A DNA stretch of 64,000 bases, taken from the NCBI GenBank assembly GCA_965112155.1, contig OZ218103.1; one strand, 5' to 3'. Made by a program: the position numbers and the translations under genes. The notes beneath the pieces are model-generated. The model saw nothing but the letters and a program-made list of their open reading frames with translations. It ran no database searches and was not told the origin of the DNA. Shown piece after piece: positions 53,051-64,000 of the stretch. How positions within the stretch are numbered: the first letter of the stretch is position 1; each line of letters starts with the position of its first letter. The stretch comes from Podarcis liolepis (Eukaryota).

Positions 53051-55304
53051 TTTTGTTGTCCTAACTATTCATAGAGCTATTAAACTAGGACTATCTAATA
53101 TCCATCCAAAATCATCTTAAGGGCCAAACCAAATGCAGTACCATTTACAATATTAGCAGATGTGTTTATATTTTTAAAGAATAAATAACAGGCCGCCTGC
53201 CAGGACGGTTCCAATCCAGATCATGGTCTTGATCTGCTGTTTGTATTGGAATAAAGCCCCCATTCACACTTATCATTTCAGAAACCTGGCTCAATAAATC
53301 ACGGGTGACAATAGTACAATTCCTTCTCCCTCTTCAGCACCAGTCTCTTAAATAGGAATCAGTACAGCCTCATGCTATCTCCTCCACTGCCACCACTAAC
53401 CTCTGACCTTTTTCCTTCCCTCTGTGCAACTTAAATGTTCAGTATAGCATTTAAAAAGCATGCCTCTTATGCTGTACATCTGTTATAGTAATAATTGTGT
53501 GGCAATTCAGAAGCTGAGAGTCTGCATCCGCCCACTCTCCATCTCATTAAGTATGAGGGTTTTTTATGCTTTCTCTAACCCAGGACCAGGGTGGGGGACC
53601 ATTGTCAATTGTCCTTCAGGTGTAGATATGTTGCAGTCAAGTAGACTATTAAGACTGCACAGCCTGACCCATGATATTTGCCCATGAAATACAAAGAGTC
53701 TTGCATGACTTGAGCTGTATGCCCTAGCTCATCCCTCTCTGCAGCCTGCTCACTACTGACTATTATGAGAACCCACATGGTATGCATTGCTTCAGATGGT
53801 TTCCTATAGGTGACTAAATTCAAAAGCCACAGGGAGCAGAACAAGGAAAAAGCAGCACTTACCTTGCAAACCTCAGCTTCAGAACTCCTGCTGTATCAAG
53901 CAAAGGTCTACTGTTGTGCCTTAGCTAATTTATACCAATTGGATACACCTGCTGGGGCTGCAGTGAAACAAGAAGCAATGTTATTGCAGGTGGAAAAGCA
54001 GCTGCCTTAGTCTCAGCAGGATTCTAGAAGACAGTGCTTTAGCTATTGCTCGTGTTATCAAAAGTCACCACCCAATATTCAATAGGTTTCTTTCTATTTA
54101 GCAACCTTATTTTTATGACCACCCATCAACATACATTACATTCTCTGTACAGCTTACAGAATGAAGAATACAATATTAATATGTAATGTGATTAAAGTGA
54201 AACAATTAAAACAGGTAAATGCAGCCTTTGAAAAATCTATTAGCAGCCTTAAAAAAAACCTATCGTTTGCAGCTGCAGCAAAGCCAGCAAGTGGAAGTGT
54301 GAGCAGGTTCAAACTCCTAGCTAAGCATTATCAGTTCTCTCTTCCAGTTTAGCTCATGCACTGAGAGATTAGCTATTAGTGAGCATGATTTGTATATGCA
54401 AAGTGGCACTTTGCATTCCAAACCACCTCACTGAAAAGCCACCTCCTGGTATGGAAAATTGGATGTGCCTTTCTGTTTAGCTGTTCTACTGTTACATTTA
54501 CACATAGATGTACTATTAGTTCCAAAAGCAAAACCTAATAACTGACAGTGCAATCATATGTTTATTCAATAGAGCGGATTCCTTGGTAGATGTGCAGAAG
54601 ACTGCAGCTTGGATGATTTTGTTAAGAGAGCAAGCATCTGAAAATTGTGAGTTTATTGGTACAGCTCACTCAGTTAAATAATTAATCATATGTTTTGTCA
54701 GCTCATCTATTATATTTGTATATGAGTAAAAACAATAGTTCTGAAGCAAACCCACCTACTTTTTTAGATGTATGACATCATTTTAGAAGAGACATTCTCT
54801 CCTGTCAGACTGAAAGCAGAAAATGTGCCCTAAGATTATGCTTGCCATTTACTGTTTTCAATAACTACACATATGTGTGTTTGTGTATTGATTTAATTCT
54901 GTTTAATTAATCACCCATTTCACCTAACTATTCCTTTGTCCTTTTCAAACTCTCCCTTGCACACAGACCACCTCACACCGCATCCTCCTCTCTCCTATTC
55001 CACAGCTCCCCTTGCACACACACCCAGTGATGATGTCTGTTACTGTATCTTTAATATTTATAGAATCTTAAGAGCAAGCCTGTCCATTAGCTTGTTCTGA
55101 GCTCATACAAGCATCCTAGAGCTGGTGTACTGAGCAGGCCTTGCCCCCCAAGCAAGTCAGAGAGCTTAAGAACTCGTTATACACAGGTTCCACTTGGGTT
55201 ACCTGGCGCATAAAGAGCTTTTGAGCTCTCTGCCTTGCTTGTGAGGAAAGGCCAGCTGTGCAATGCTTGTGTGAGTTCGCACGCGAACTCAGGTGGCTCT
55301 AGGT

Positions 55305-56329
55305 CAGTGTTTCCCAACCGGTGTTCCGCGGCACACTAGTGTGCCGCGAGACGTTGCCTGGTGTGCCGCGAGATGTTGCCTGGAGGGAGGCGGGCGAGTC
55401 GGGCGGCGAGAGGCGGGGCGGCGGCGGCGAGGAGAGGCCGCCCAGCGCGGGGCTCTCGCCGTCTGCCTGCCTGGCTGCCTGCGTGGCGCTGACGTCACGG
55501 GGCTGTAACATGCCCCACATAGGCACACGCGGGGTGGCGAGCGAGCGAGCTCCCACATCCCATCGCCGCTCGCTTCGGCCGGCCTACTGGGCTGTCGCAG
55601 GCAGACGGCGAGAGCCCCGCGCTGGGCGGCCTCTCCTCGCCGCCGCCGCCCCGCCGCCTGCGTGGCGCTGACGTCACGGGGCTGTAACATGCCCCACATA
55701 GGCACACGCGGGGTGGCGAGCGAGCGAGCTCCCACATCCCATCGCCGCTCGCTTCGGCCGGCCTACTGGGCTGTCGCAGGCGGAAGGCCTGCGCATGCGC
55801 GAGGTTTTCGTGCCTTCGGGATTCCCTTCACGCCTTCCTCCTCCCGGGTCCTTGAGAGCGCGGGAAGCGGCAGCGCGAGACCGGCGTTGAGCCTGGTAGG
55901 TATTGCGCTTGCCAAGGCAGTCATTTGGGAAATGAAAACTTGCAAAGCAAGCAACCAGTTCAATCTGAAGTACTTGTATGCTTAATATCCTGTATCTGAA
56001 ACCTGTTCTGCCCCCTCCCCCACACTTGGTGCCATTTTCATCTACACATGCAGCAGAGTAAGTTGACCCAGAATAGTACCAATTCAGATGGCAGATGGGA
56101 GAATGACAGTGCTGAATGCTTTCCCATGTAGAACAGTCCCTGCAAATAAAAACCTAGCATATTTGGAAGAGGGATGCTAGCCTAACCATTACCTTCTATG
56201 CTGTTACTATTTTTTTATTTTTTTTTACATAAGTAAAAAGTGACCTTTCCCCATCTGGCATGGTGGTGTGCCTCGAGATTTTTTTCATGAAACAAGTGTG
56301 CCTTTGCCCAAAAAGGTTGGGAAACACTG
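55305..56329. mobile_element. Non-autonomous hAT (Charlie-type) transposon with CpG-rich internal cargo
   Basis: Perfect 15-bp TIRs CAGTGTTTCCCAACC / GGTTGGGAAACACTG. Perfect 8-bp TSD CTCTAGGT (55297-55304, 56330-56337). Subterminal gtgtgcc motifs. No transposase ORF. Confidence 0.93.
55385..55905. promoter_or_regulatory. CpG-island-like, promoter-motif-rich segment inside the hAT element
   Basis: Very high GC and CpG content. TGACGTCA at 55490-55497 and 55669-55676, TGCGCATGCGC at 55790-55800, GCGGAAG at 55780-55786, GGGGCGG GC box near 55415. Function untested. Confidence 0.5.
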
Positions 56330-57158
56330 CTCTAGGTCTAGGATACTCATGCAAGATCTCACAGGCCCATCTGAATTCCTATGAGCTCTTGTAAGCACAC
56401 CCCAAAGCAGGAACACTGAAAAGGCCTTGCCACCCAAGCAAGGCAGAGAGTTTAAAAGCTCTTTATCCACCAAGTAACCTTAAGTGGACCTGGTGCAAAG
56501 AGAGCTTTTAAGGTCTCTAGCTTGCTTGAATTTAACTTGTGCAATTTCAACCAGCCTGCCTTCAACTGCATATAGCTGAAATTGCACAAAGTAAATGTGC
56601 CTAAGATGCAATTTTATTGTATTCTGCAGACTGAGATCAGGCAACCCTATTGAACAGAGTTGGCCATTTATTAGCTGCAGGCTGTCCAATGTGCATGGAC
56701 AGACAAGGTTTTCCTATCAACTATGCACACTAGGTATCCTCCAACACTACATTTCTACCCATCTGTAAAGCTAAGTTAACCATGACCTACTTCAAAGAAC
56801 TGCTGTGAAGATATATGGGATAACTATTATAAATTATTTGCCATACTAGACATATGATAATGTTTATCTACAGTTGGGATCTGCAACAAAACTGCAGTGT
56901 GGAGTGCATCTGTCTGGATTCTAGTCAGCCCCTCTCCAGTTTTCCATTTATTAAAAATCTCAGGAAATTATCCTTCTGTGGCCCCTGAGCTGTCCCCCCT
57001 TCTTACAGGGGGATTTACTCATTTAAGAAAAATATCTCTGAAAACCTTGTGTTTTCTCTGAGCCTGCTGATACTTCCCTCCTGTGTGTGGATGGTGCTGT
57101 TCTGGCTACATAAGAGTCTACACTGAGTTTGACATTAGAATATACTAGGATACCAGAC

Positions 57159-57903
57159 AGAAAGTAAGTAAGGCGTATTTAAAGAACCTTTTAATGAGGG
57201 TGAAAGAGGAGAGCACAAAATATGGTCTGAAGCTCAACATCAAAAAAACGAAGATCATGGCCACTGGGCCCATCACCTCCTGGCAAATAGAAGGGGAAGA
57301 AATGGAGGCAGTGAGAGATTTTACTTTCTTGGGCTCCATGATCACTGCAGATGGTGACAGCAGTCACGAAATTAAAAGACGCCTGCTCCTTGGGAGAAAG
57401 GCGATGGCAAACCTAGACAACACCTTAAAAAGCAGAGACATCACCTTGCCAACAAAGTAAAAGCCATGGTTTTCCCAGTAGTGATGTATGGAAGTGAGAG
57501 CTGGACCATAAAGAAGGCTGATCGCCGAAGAATTGATGCTTTTGAATTATGGTGCTGGAGGAGACTCTTAAGAGTCCCATGGACTGCAAGAAGATCAAAC
57601 GTATCCATTCTTAAGCAAATCAGCCCTGAGTGCTCACTGGAAGGACAGATCGTGAAGCTGAGGCTCCAATACTTTGGCCACCTCATGAGAAGAGAAGACT
57701 CTCTGGAAAAGACCCTGATGTTGGGAAAGATGGAGGGCACAAGGAGAAGGGGATGACAGAGGATGAGACGGTTAGACAGTGTTCTCGAAGCTACAAATAT
57801 GAGTCTGACCAAACTGCGGGAGGCAGTGGAAGACACGAGTGCCTGGCGTGCTCTGGTCCATGGGGTCACGAAGAGTCGGACACGACTAAACGACTACAAC
57901 AAC
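57159..57903 (+). mobile_element. Bov-B (RTE) LINE, 5'-truncated
   Basis: RVKEESTKYGLKLNIKKTKIMA...MVFPVVMYGSESWTIKKADRRRIDAFELWCWRRLLRVPWTARRSN...WRALVHGVTKSRTRLND with a caacaac tail. 12-bp TSD aggataccagac (57147-57158, 57904-57915). One frameshift and one stop. Confidence 0.93.
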
Positions 57904-59345
57904 AGGATACCAGACTGCCTGTCTGGTAGAATTAAACTGAGGAAGATGAGATTTGGTGACAAAATAAGTAACTCTGAGCTCTTGATAACCAAGTTTAGTT
58001 TCCATATTCCATATGTCCACTTCTTATTTCTCAGGAGTTTAGATGTTCTCCATTTTTTGCTAATTCCCACTTTATGTCTGCTCAGGTAAGGCAAGCAGCT
58101 GTGAGAGGAGGCATTTTACCTCACCTGCAAATTGGTCCCAGTGGGGCTCAGTGGATGCTAGATTTTGTTCTGCACTCTGGGCGCACAGCACTAGTGCAGG
58201 TAATCAGAAACAAATCAAGCTAAATATACTCCCATCAGGGGAAGTTATGGTACTCCCACCCAGTATCCAGAGTTACTGCAGTATATGGGAATAATCCCAC
58301 AATAATCAGTATGTGTAATGGATCACTTAAGTGGGCAAGATTGAAAGTGCTCAGAATGAAAGTGCTCCCCCATTTTATGTATGTCTTGAGAGGAATTTCT
58401 CAGTACTTTTCACAACAATATTCTAAATGAATCAATATTTTGTAAGGTTCTCAATGGCTTCCTCCCCTCAGCTATCCCTCCAAATAATGCAGTTACCAAC
58501 AGATGAAGCGGGGGTATTGGTGTTGTATTTCCTTATCTGGAACTGCACCAGAGAGTACACCTGTTGGTGGGCACTCAATTGCTACAGGGATTTGCCATTT
58601 TTAATCTTTTTATGTGCTCTCTTACTAAGGTGTCCTCAGATCTAAGCACAGCCAGGGAGGGCTGGCACCCTACTGTTCATCTTAGCTGCATGAAAAGTCT
58701 TGGGACAGATTAACAATGACATTTTATGCACGCCCTGGGGCAACCCTTGTTTAAAAATTTGAAGTTGTACATTTATCTGGGCAGGGGTAGAGCGCTGGTC
58801 AAGTTAAACCAGTTAACTGATATTGTGTCCTCTTTTCAGATCTGAGGAAAAACTGTAGCTTATTGATAACCACAAATTGGCAAAGCATTCAGTTGCACAA
58901 CCTCCTGATTTTTGTATTTGGCCCTGCGGTCCTTAAAACATCTGAATCTTCTACTGCGTTGGGAACCGAAGTCCACCATTCTGCATCTGTAAAGTGGTCT
59001 CCAACAGAAATAGGAGTATGAGGCTTCTCTTCTGTCTGCCAGAATACCTGATAATGTTTTACTGATTGCATTACCTGGGCAGTCTGACCATTCTTTTGAG
59101 ATGGTAAATACTTTAGTTCTTGTATCTAGGTCACTGGCCCACCCTATTCATACATAAATATGCCCTTAAGGCAAGATTTGAAAACGAAAGAACTATTGGG
59201 GAAGTGTTCTCCAAGATATCTCCTTTTGTAGAGGAAATATTTGGAGTAATGAGGAGAGCCAGAGATGGCTTTTTGTGATTGTTCTGTGTGCTAAAATAAT
59301 GTGTAATTTTCTCAGGGAATATTTCCTAAATTTTGATGGATGAAG

Positions 59346-59494
59346 CATGGGCATAGGCAAGGGGTGTGGGGGGCAGAGAGGGGCAGCTGCCCCCCTTAAA
59401 TCAATAAAACTCAAAAAAATACATAGCAAACTGAGGTTCTGCCCCCCCAACAAAAGGCATGCCACCCCTAACAAAAATCCTAGCTACGCCCATG
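59346..59494. mobile_element. Short non-autonomous DNA transposon (MITE)
   Basis: TIR-like ends catgggcatag / ctacgcccatg; no clear TSD. Confidence 0.45.
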
Positions 59495-60729
59495 AGGTCA
59501 ATCTTCTGACTTGAAATTGGGTGTCCCAATTTCAAGGCTTTGTTCCCCTCTCACAGTGCTGCCCTGGCAGTGAGTGAGAGTGGCAACAGCAGATCACAGA
59601 GGCCACGCAGGGCCTGAGACTTACCTGCCATCCACGCAGTGGATTGGACTCTCCAAGGTTGGTTCTTTGGATCAGATCTGCATGAATTTTGCCTCTCTTC
59701 CCCTCGCAGTTTGGTGATCTGCAAGCTTGATGGTCTGGCCTGATGATGTCATTCACCAGGGCACCTTTCAGAGAGAGGGGGGGCAGGGATTAAAAGGGCT
59801 ACAGTGCAGATTGGAGCTGGCAACAGCAATGGTTGAGTCCTGAGCAACTAGCAAGATGGATAAGAGGGCAGAGGGAAAGGGAACGAGGGCTGATGCCTAG
59901 TGCTAGGGTCTCATCCGGTTATGTGTGAGGTAATGAAGAGATGGCAGTAGTACCTCTGAGCATGTACTGAGTAAGTGTGCACCTATTTCCTCCACCACCC
60001 TTTCCCCCCAGTCAGAAACACCTTGCATTCCTCAGATGAAAATGTCCTGATTTTCATCTGAGTGATGTTGGAAGGTATGAATTATTAGTGTTTTATTACT
60101 TCCTTTTCTCTCCATCTCCTAGCTATCACTCTGCCCAAGCCTTTTGTATTCAAACATTTCCCTGATACATCTGGGCCTCCATTTCACCCTCCCATATCCC
60201 TAAAAACACTCTTATACAGCAACAGTAGCCCCCCTCCATCTAGCCCTGCCACTATAATGAAGTGTAAGCTACAGACCCAGGCCTCAGGCATTGGTTGCCA
60301 TAGGGAGCATGTGTTTGTGAAACATGTGAATGGAGACATGTGCACTAGGAAAAATATATTCCCAGCCCTTCCAAATGCTCTATTATTCTCATGCTGAATT
60401 GAGACCTGACCAAGGGTCAATTCTCATATAATGAGTGTGGCACCATTGCTGCTTCCCATACCACTTTAACACAGGCAGGACATGCTAAAACAGGCTAATA
60501 CTGTCGGGTGTGCGTGCAGGAGCCAGGCCCTGTGACCAATAGGACTCTGCAGGACTGGAGCCTTCCTAAGTTTGTTCTGAAGAGGCAAGGCACGGCGACA
60601 GGAACCGTTCACAGGTTGGATACTAGCCCGGTGCCTTTGGGACTGGGGGGTGCGCCGCTTGATGTCCGGGATGGGTGTATCATCGCAGCCGGCTCTAAAT
60701 TCCAGAGGGGCTGCTCCGAACCCAGGTCC

Positions 60730-62248
60730 TTGAGCAGTGCCATGATATGTGAACTGCCGGACATGGGGGATACGCGAAGACACTGCAGCTATTGGCCTGA
60801 GCTTTCTGGTGGCCAGGGGTTCACGCGGACATTAAGAAGTACGTGCGGTCCTGTGAGACTTTTGATCGGACCAAGGTGCCACGGCAGAGACCCTTGGGGC
60901 TTCTCCAGCCATTACCCACCCCCCACAGGCCATGGTCAACACTTTCTATGGACTTCATCATGGACCTCCCTGTGTCCAAAGGACAGTTGGTCATTCTGGT
61001 GGTGGTGGATTCACTCACCAAGATGGCACACTTCATCCCAGCTCGAAGCCTCCCCACAGCGCAACAGACAGCCCACTTGTTTCTTGAACCCATGTTCCGG
61101 CTACATGGGCTCCCGGATGCAGTGATCTCCGATAGGGGTCCCCAGTTCATGTCCCGGTTCTGGGCGGCCTTCCTCAAGGGACTGAGTATTGAGAGGCGCC
61201 TCTCTTCCACATACCACCCTGAAACACATGGCCAGACGGAGAGGGTTAATCAAGTCCTGGAGCAATATCTCCACTGGTTCCTGAGCTACCATCAGGATGA
61301 TTGGATGGACCTTCTGCCACTGGCTGAGTTTGCCTATACAGTGGTGCCCCGCAAGACGAATGCCTCGCAAGACGGAAAACTCGCTAGACAAAAGAGTTTT
61401 CCGTTTTGGAGGTGCTTCGCAAAACGAATCTCCTATGAGCTTGCTTCGCAAGACGAAAATGTCTTGCGAGTTCCTGCGGTTTTTTCCCCCCTCCCCCCCT
61501 TTTTCTAAGCCGCTAAGCCGCTTATCAGCTGATCCGATAAGCCGATAAGCCGCTAAAAGCACTAATAGCGCTAATCCGTCAATGGGCTTGCTTCGCAAGA
61601 CGAAAAAACCGCTAGACGAAGAGAATCACAGAACAGATTCTTTTCGTCTTGCGAGGCACTATTGTAACAACACCTGCCATGCCTCCACGGGACAGAGCCC
61701 TTTCTACGCTAACTACCGGCGGCGTCTCTTGTGCCTTCCGCCAATGATCGGGTCTCCCACATCCAGGAAACACAAGCTGACCTGATACGGCACCTATCGA
61801 GAGCCAAGGCAGATTATAAGGCGCAAATGGATTGACCGCGCCAGCAGGGGCCTGCGTTCCAGGTTGGGGACAAGGTCTGGCTGTCGTTGGAGCACCAACA
61901 CACTGGACATCCATTGGCTAAGGTGGACCAGGGACCATTCACCACCCTGCAGCAGATCAATCCGGTCGCCTACAAGTTGGAGCTTCCCCCCTCCCTGAAG
62001 ATCCACCCAGTGTTTCACGTATCCCAGCTGAAGCATTGCCCCACCGCCAGTCCAGGTTGGCGGCCATGATGAGTTCCAGGTTGCCCAGATTCTGGACTCG
62101 AAATGGCTCCGTTGCAAGCTCTAATGTCTAATTGACTGGGTGGGCTACGGGCCAGAGGAACGATCGTGGGAGCCGGCAGACTTCGTGCACACGCCCACCA
62201 AAGTACGGGCCTTCCATCGGAGGTTCCCAGACAAGCCTGGGCCATGAC
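60730..62248 (+). pseudogene. Degenerate Gypsy integrase with GPY/F motif and chromodomain
   Basis: Zinc-binding remnant (CHD...AGHGG...YVRSCET), DDE core (LSMDFIMDL, VISDRGPQF, GQTERVNQVLEQYL), GPF...YKLELPPSLKIHPVFHVSQLK, and chromodomain ILDS...[16 protein letters not shown]...[11 protein letters not shown]. Disrupted by stops, frameshifts and a MITE insertion. Confidence 0.9.
61339..61664. mobile_element. Tc1/mariner (Tigger-like) MITE nested in the integrase
   Basis: 22-bp TIRs cagtggtgccccgcaagacgaa / ttcgtcttgcgaggcactattg with TA duplicated; removing it restores EFAYNNTCHASTGQSPFYANY. Confidence 0.92.
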
Positions 62249-62285
62249 CAGGGATGGAACCCCATTTTCCTATGGGGGGGAGTAC

Positions 62286-62715
62286 TGTCAGGTGTGCGTG
62301 CAAGAGCCAGGCCCTGTGACAATAGGACTCTGCAGGACTGGGGCCTTCCTAAGTTTGTTCTGAAGAGGCAAGGCGCGGCCACACAGGTGAGGCCAATTGG
62401 TAACTCACAACACCTGGTGGCAAGAGCAGGGAAGGGATATAAGGTCAGCATTTTCCCTTCAGCTCTTTGCCACAACAACACGTTTCCTGCCTTTCTGCGT
62501 TTGACTCCTTGACTCTCAGACCCTTGACTTCATGACTCCTTGCTTCCTGACCGTTGGACCCTTGGCTTCTTGACTCCTGGATCTCTAACCCTCGGAATCT
62601 AGGTTTTCTGACTCCTGTCTTCTGGATTCCCGTTCCTGCTCCCACCCCGCTATCTTGCCCCCGGTCCCAACATCCCCAGCCAGGACTTCGATCGCCCGTG
62701 AACCGGACCGTGACA
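62286..62715 (+). repeat. 3' LTR (430 bp)
   Basis: TGTCA...TGACA ends; first ~95 bp nearly identical to 60502-60600; TATA-like gatataag near 62436. Confidence 0.9.
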
Positions 62716-62989
62716 AATACCATAAAATTGGCTTTTGGGTGTTCTGCCCCAGAGTCTTACCAGGTAATAACTCACAGAACCTCTCTATCTGCTTAGGAAT
62801 TTTTCAGATGTAACTTCTACATCCCTGCTCTTCGCAAAATACTATCTTCCTTACACTTTCCATCTCCTATGGAACAGCACAAACATCCTGCTTGTTTAAG
62901 TAGGCAGGAGAGGAGAATGGGTGCAAGAGCCAGGGGAAGAATGGGATGGTAAATCTGCATTCCCCTTGTGGTTGAAGGAGAAAGAAGAG

Positions 62990-63598
62990 TATTCTAGACC
63001 CTCCAAGTGTCCCTATTTTCCAGGGACAGTCCCGCATTTACAGAAGTCATCCTGGTTTCTGATTTTATCCCTGAATGTTCCACTTTTCCTTAGGATGTCC
63101 CTATTTTAATCGGATAAATGTTGGCAGCTATGGAGTTATGCAACCCCCCAAGCCAAGAAGATAAGTAACTATACAGCTTTTAGAAGATATTGGAAGGCAG
63201 CCATGTATAGGGAAGTTCTTAACCTGAGGTACCACTTTAGTTAATGGGGCCTCCCGCTACCGCCGTGCGATTTCTGTTCTCATCCCGAAGCAAAGTTCTT
63301 AACCCAAGGTACTATTTCTGGGTTAGCAGAGTCTGTAACCTGAAGCATCTGTAACCCAAGACCTCAGTTTAAGAACAGCCCTGTTTACAAACTATTCAGT
63401 TTACGAACTCCACAAAACCGGAAGTAGTGTCCCAGTTTGCAAACTTTACCTTGGTGTAAGAATGGAAGCCGAAGGGTGGAAGGGCACTGGTGGCGGGAGG
63501 CCACATTAGGGAAAGCGCACCTCTGTTTAAGAACGGGTTCGGTTTAAGAGCAGACTTCTGGAACGGATTGTTTGTAAACCAAGGTACTTTACCACTGT
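62990..63598. mobile_element. Cluster of DNA-transposon/MITE fragments
   Basis: 63214-63360 is the reverse complement of part of the 46902/48489 MITE family. 63361-63598 ends in accactg-ta. 62990-63135 resembles 51057-51247. Confidence 0.65.
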
Positions 63599-64000
63599 AC
63601 TGAGAAGGAGCAAAGAGTGTTACAATATCACAGGTTTCTTTTGCTATGACATACCACATAATAAAGATGCATGAGACTAAGAATAATGGCACAATCCAGC
63701 TCATTCTAACTTTAAATCTGTAAATGCCTGAGTCACATATACACTCCTTCTTATTCAAGCATTTTAACAATTTTGCACTTAATGTACAAGGAAAAATACC
63801 ATCAAATAATTCAGTCCACTACTTTAACATGTTCTTGAATAAAAGGCCCAGTTTAGTTGCATGTTTTCCAATATTCACATACCACTGAAACATCCTCTTC
63901 TCTCCCTTCCAGATCACCCTTTTTAGCATGCTTTAGCTGAATCTGTGCAGCCTCTTTTCAATCTTTCTTTCAATCTTTCAGTCTTTGTTTTCCTCACTTC

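Larger units (their letters stand above)
60502..62715 (+). mobile_element. Gypsy (chromovirus) LTR retrotransposon remnant with a large internal deletion
   Basis: TG...CA ends and 5-bp TSD AATAC (60497-60501, 62716-62720). Partial 5' LTR at 60502-~60600 matches the start of the 3' LTR. G-rich PPT directly before 62286. Confidence 0.93.

Noticed and set aside
55293-55985. GC-rich ORFs and the CpG island as the native promoter or first coding exon of a downstream gene such as KDM4A
   Set aside because: The segment lies inside TIRs and a perfect TSD. The ORFs are low-complexity products of GC-rich duplicated DNA. No KDM4A-like coding sequence was recognised in the window.
60508-61125. 205-aa ORF and the overlapping antisense ORFs
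   Set aside because: Alternative frames across the LTR/integrase junction; the meaningful frame is the degenerate integrase.
61506-61578. Short repeat array as a CRISPR-like structure
   Set aside because: Units are ~8 bp with no spacers and lie inside a eukaryotic MITE.

Overview
Vertebrate genomic DNA, most likely from a lacertid lizard. The host call rests on a Sauria/POM-type SINE, a Bov-B LINE and squamate-type MITEs. Positions 1-~46530 hold the 3' half of PTPRF (LAR receptor tyrosine phosphatase) on the + strand. I traced 19 main coding exons with GT-AG boundaries and consistent phases. They encode FNIII repeats, a furin-type site, the TM helix, catalytic D1 and pseudophosphatase D2, ending at a TAA stop at 45046-45048, followed by a ~1.5 kb 3' UTR. 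Two short in-frame alternative exons lie in the juxtamembrane region: a 12-nt SKQE microexon and a 33-nt LASE-a-like exon with extra in-frame upstream acceptors. The introns and the downstream 17 kb carry RTE, Bov-B, L2 and CR1 remnants, a SINE, hAT and Tc1/mariner MITEs, and an internally deleted chromovirus (Gypsy) LTR element. The most unusual object is a 1025-bp non-autonomous hAT element (55305-56329) with perfect TIRs and an 8-bp TSD. It carries a CpG-island, promoter-like cargo with an A-B-A'-B rearrangement. I found no convincing wholly new biological system. Most ORFs in the supplied track are spurious. All family and orthology calls come from recalled sequence features, not database searches.
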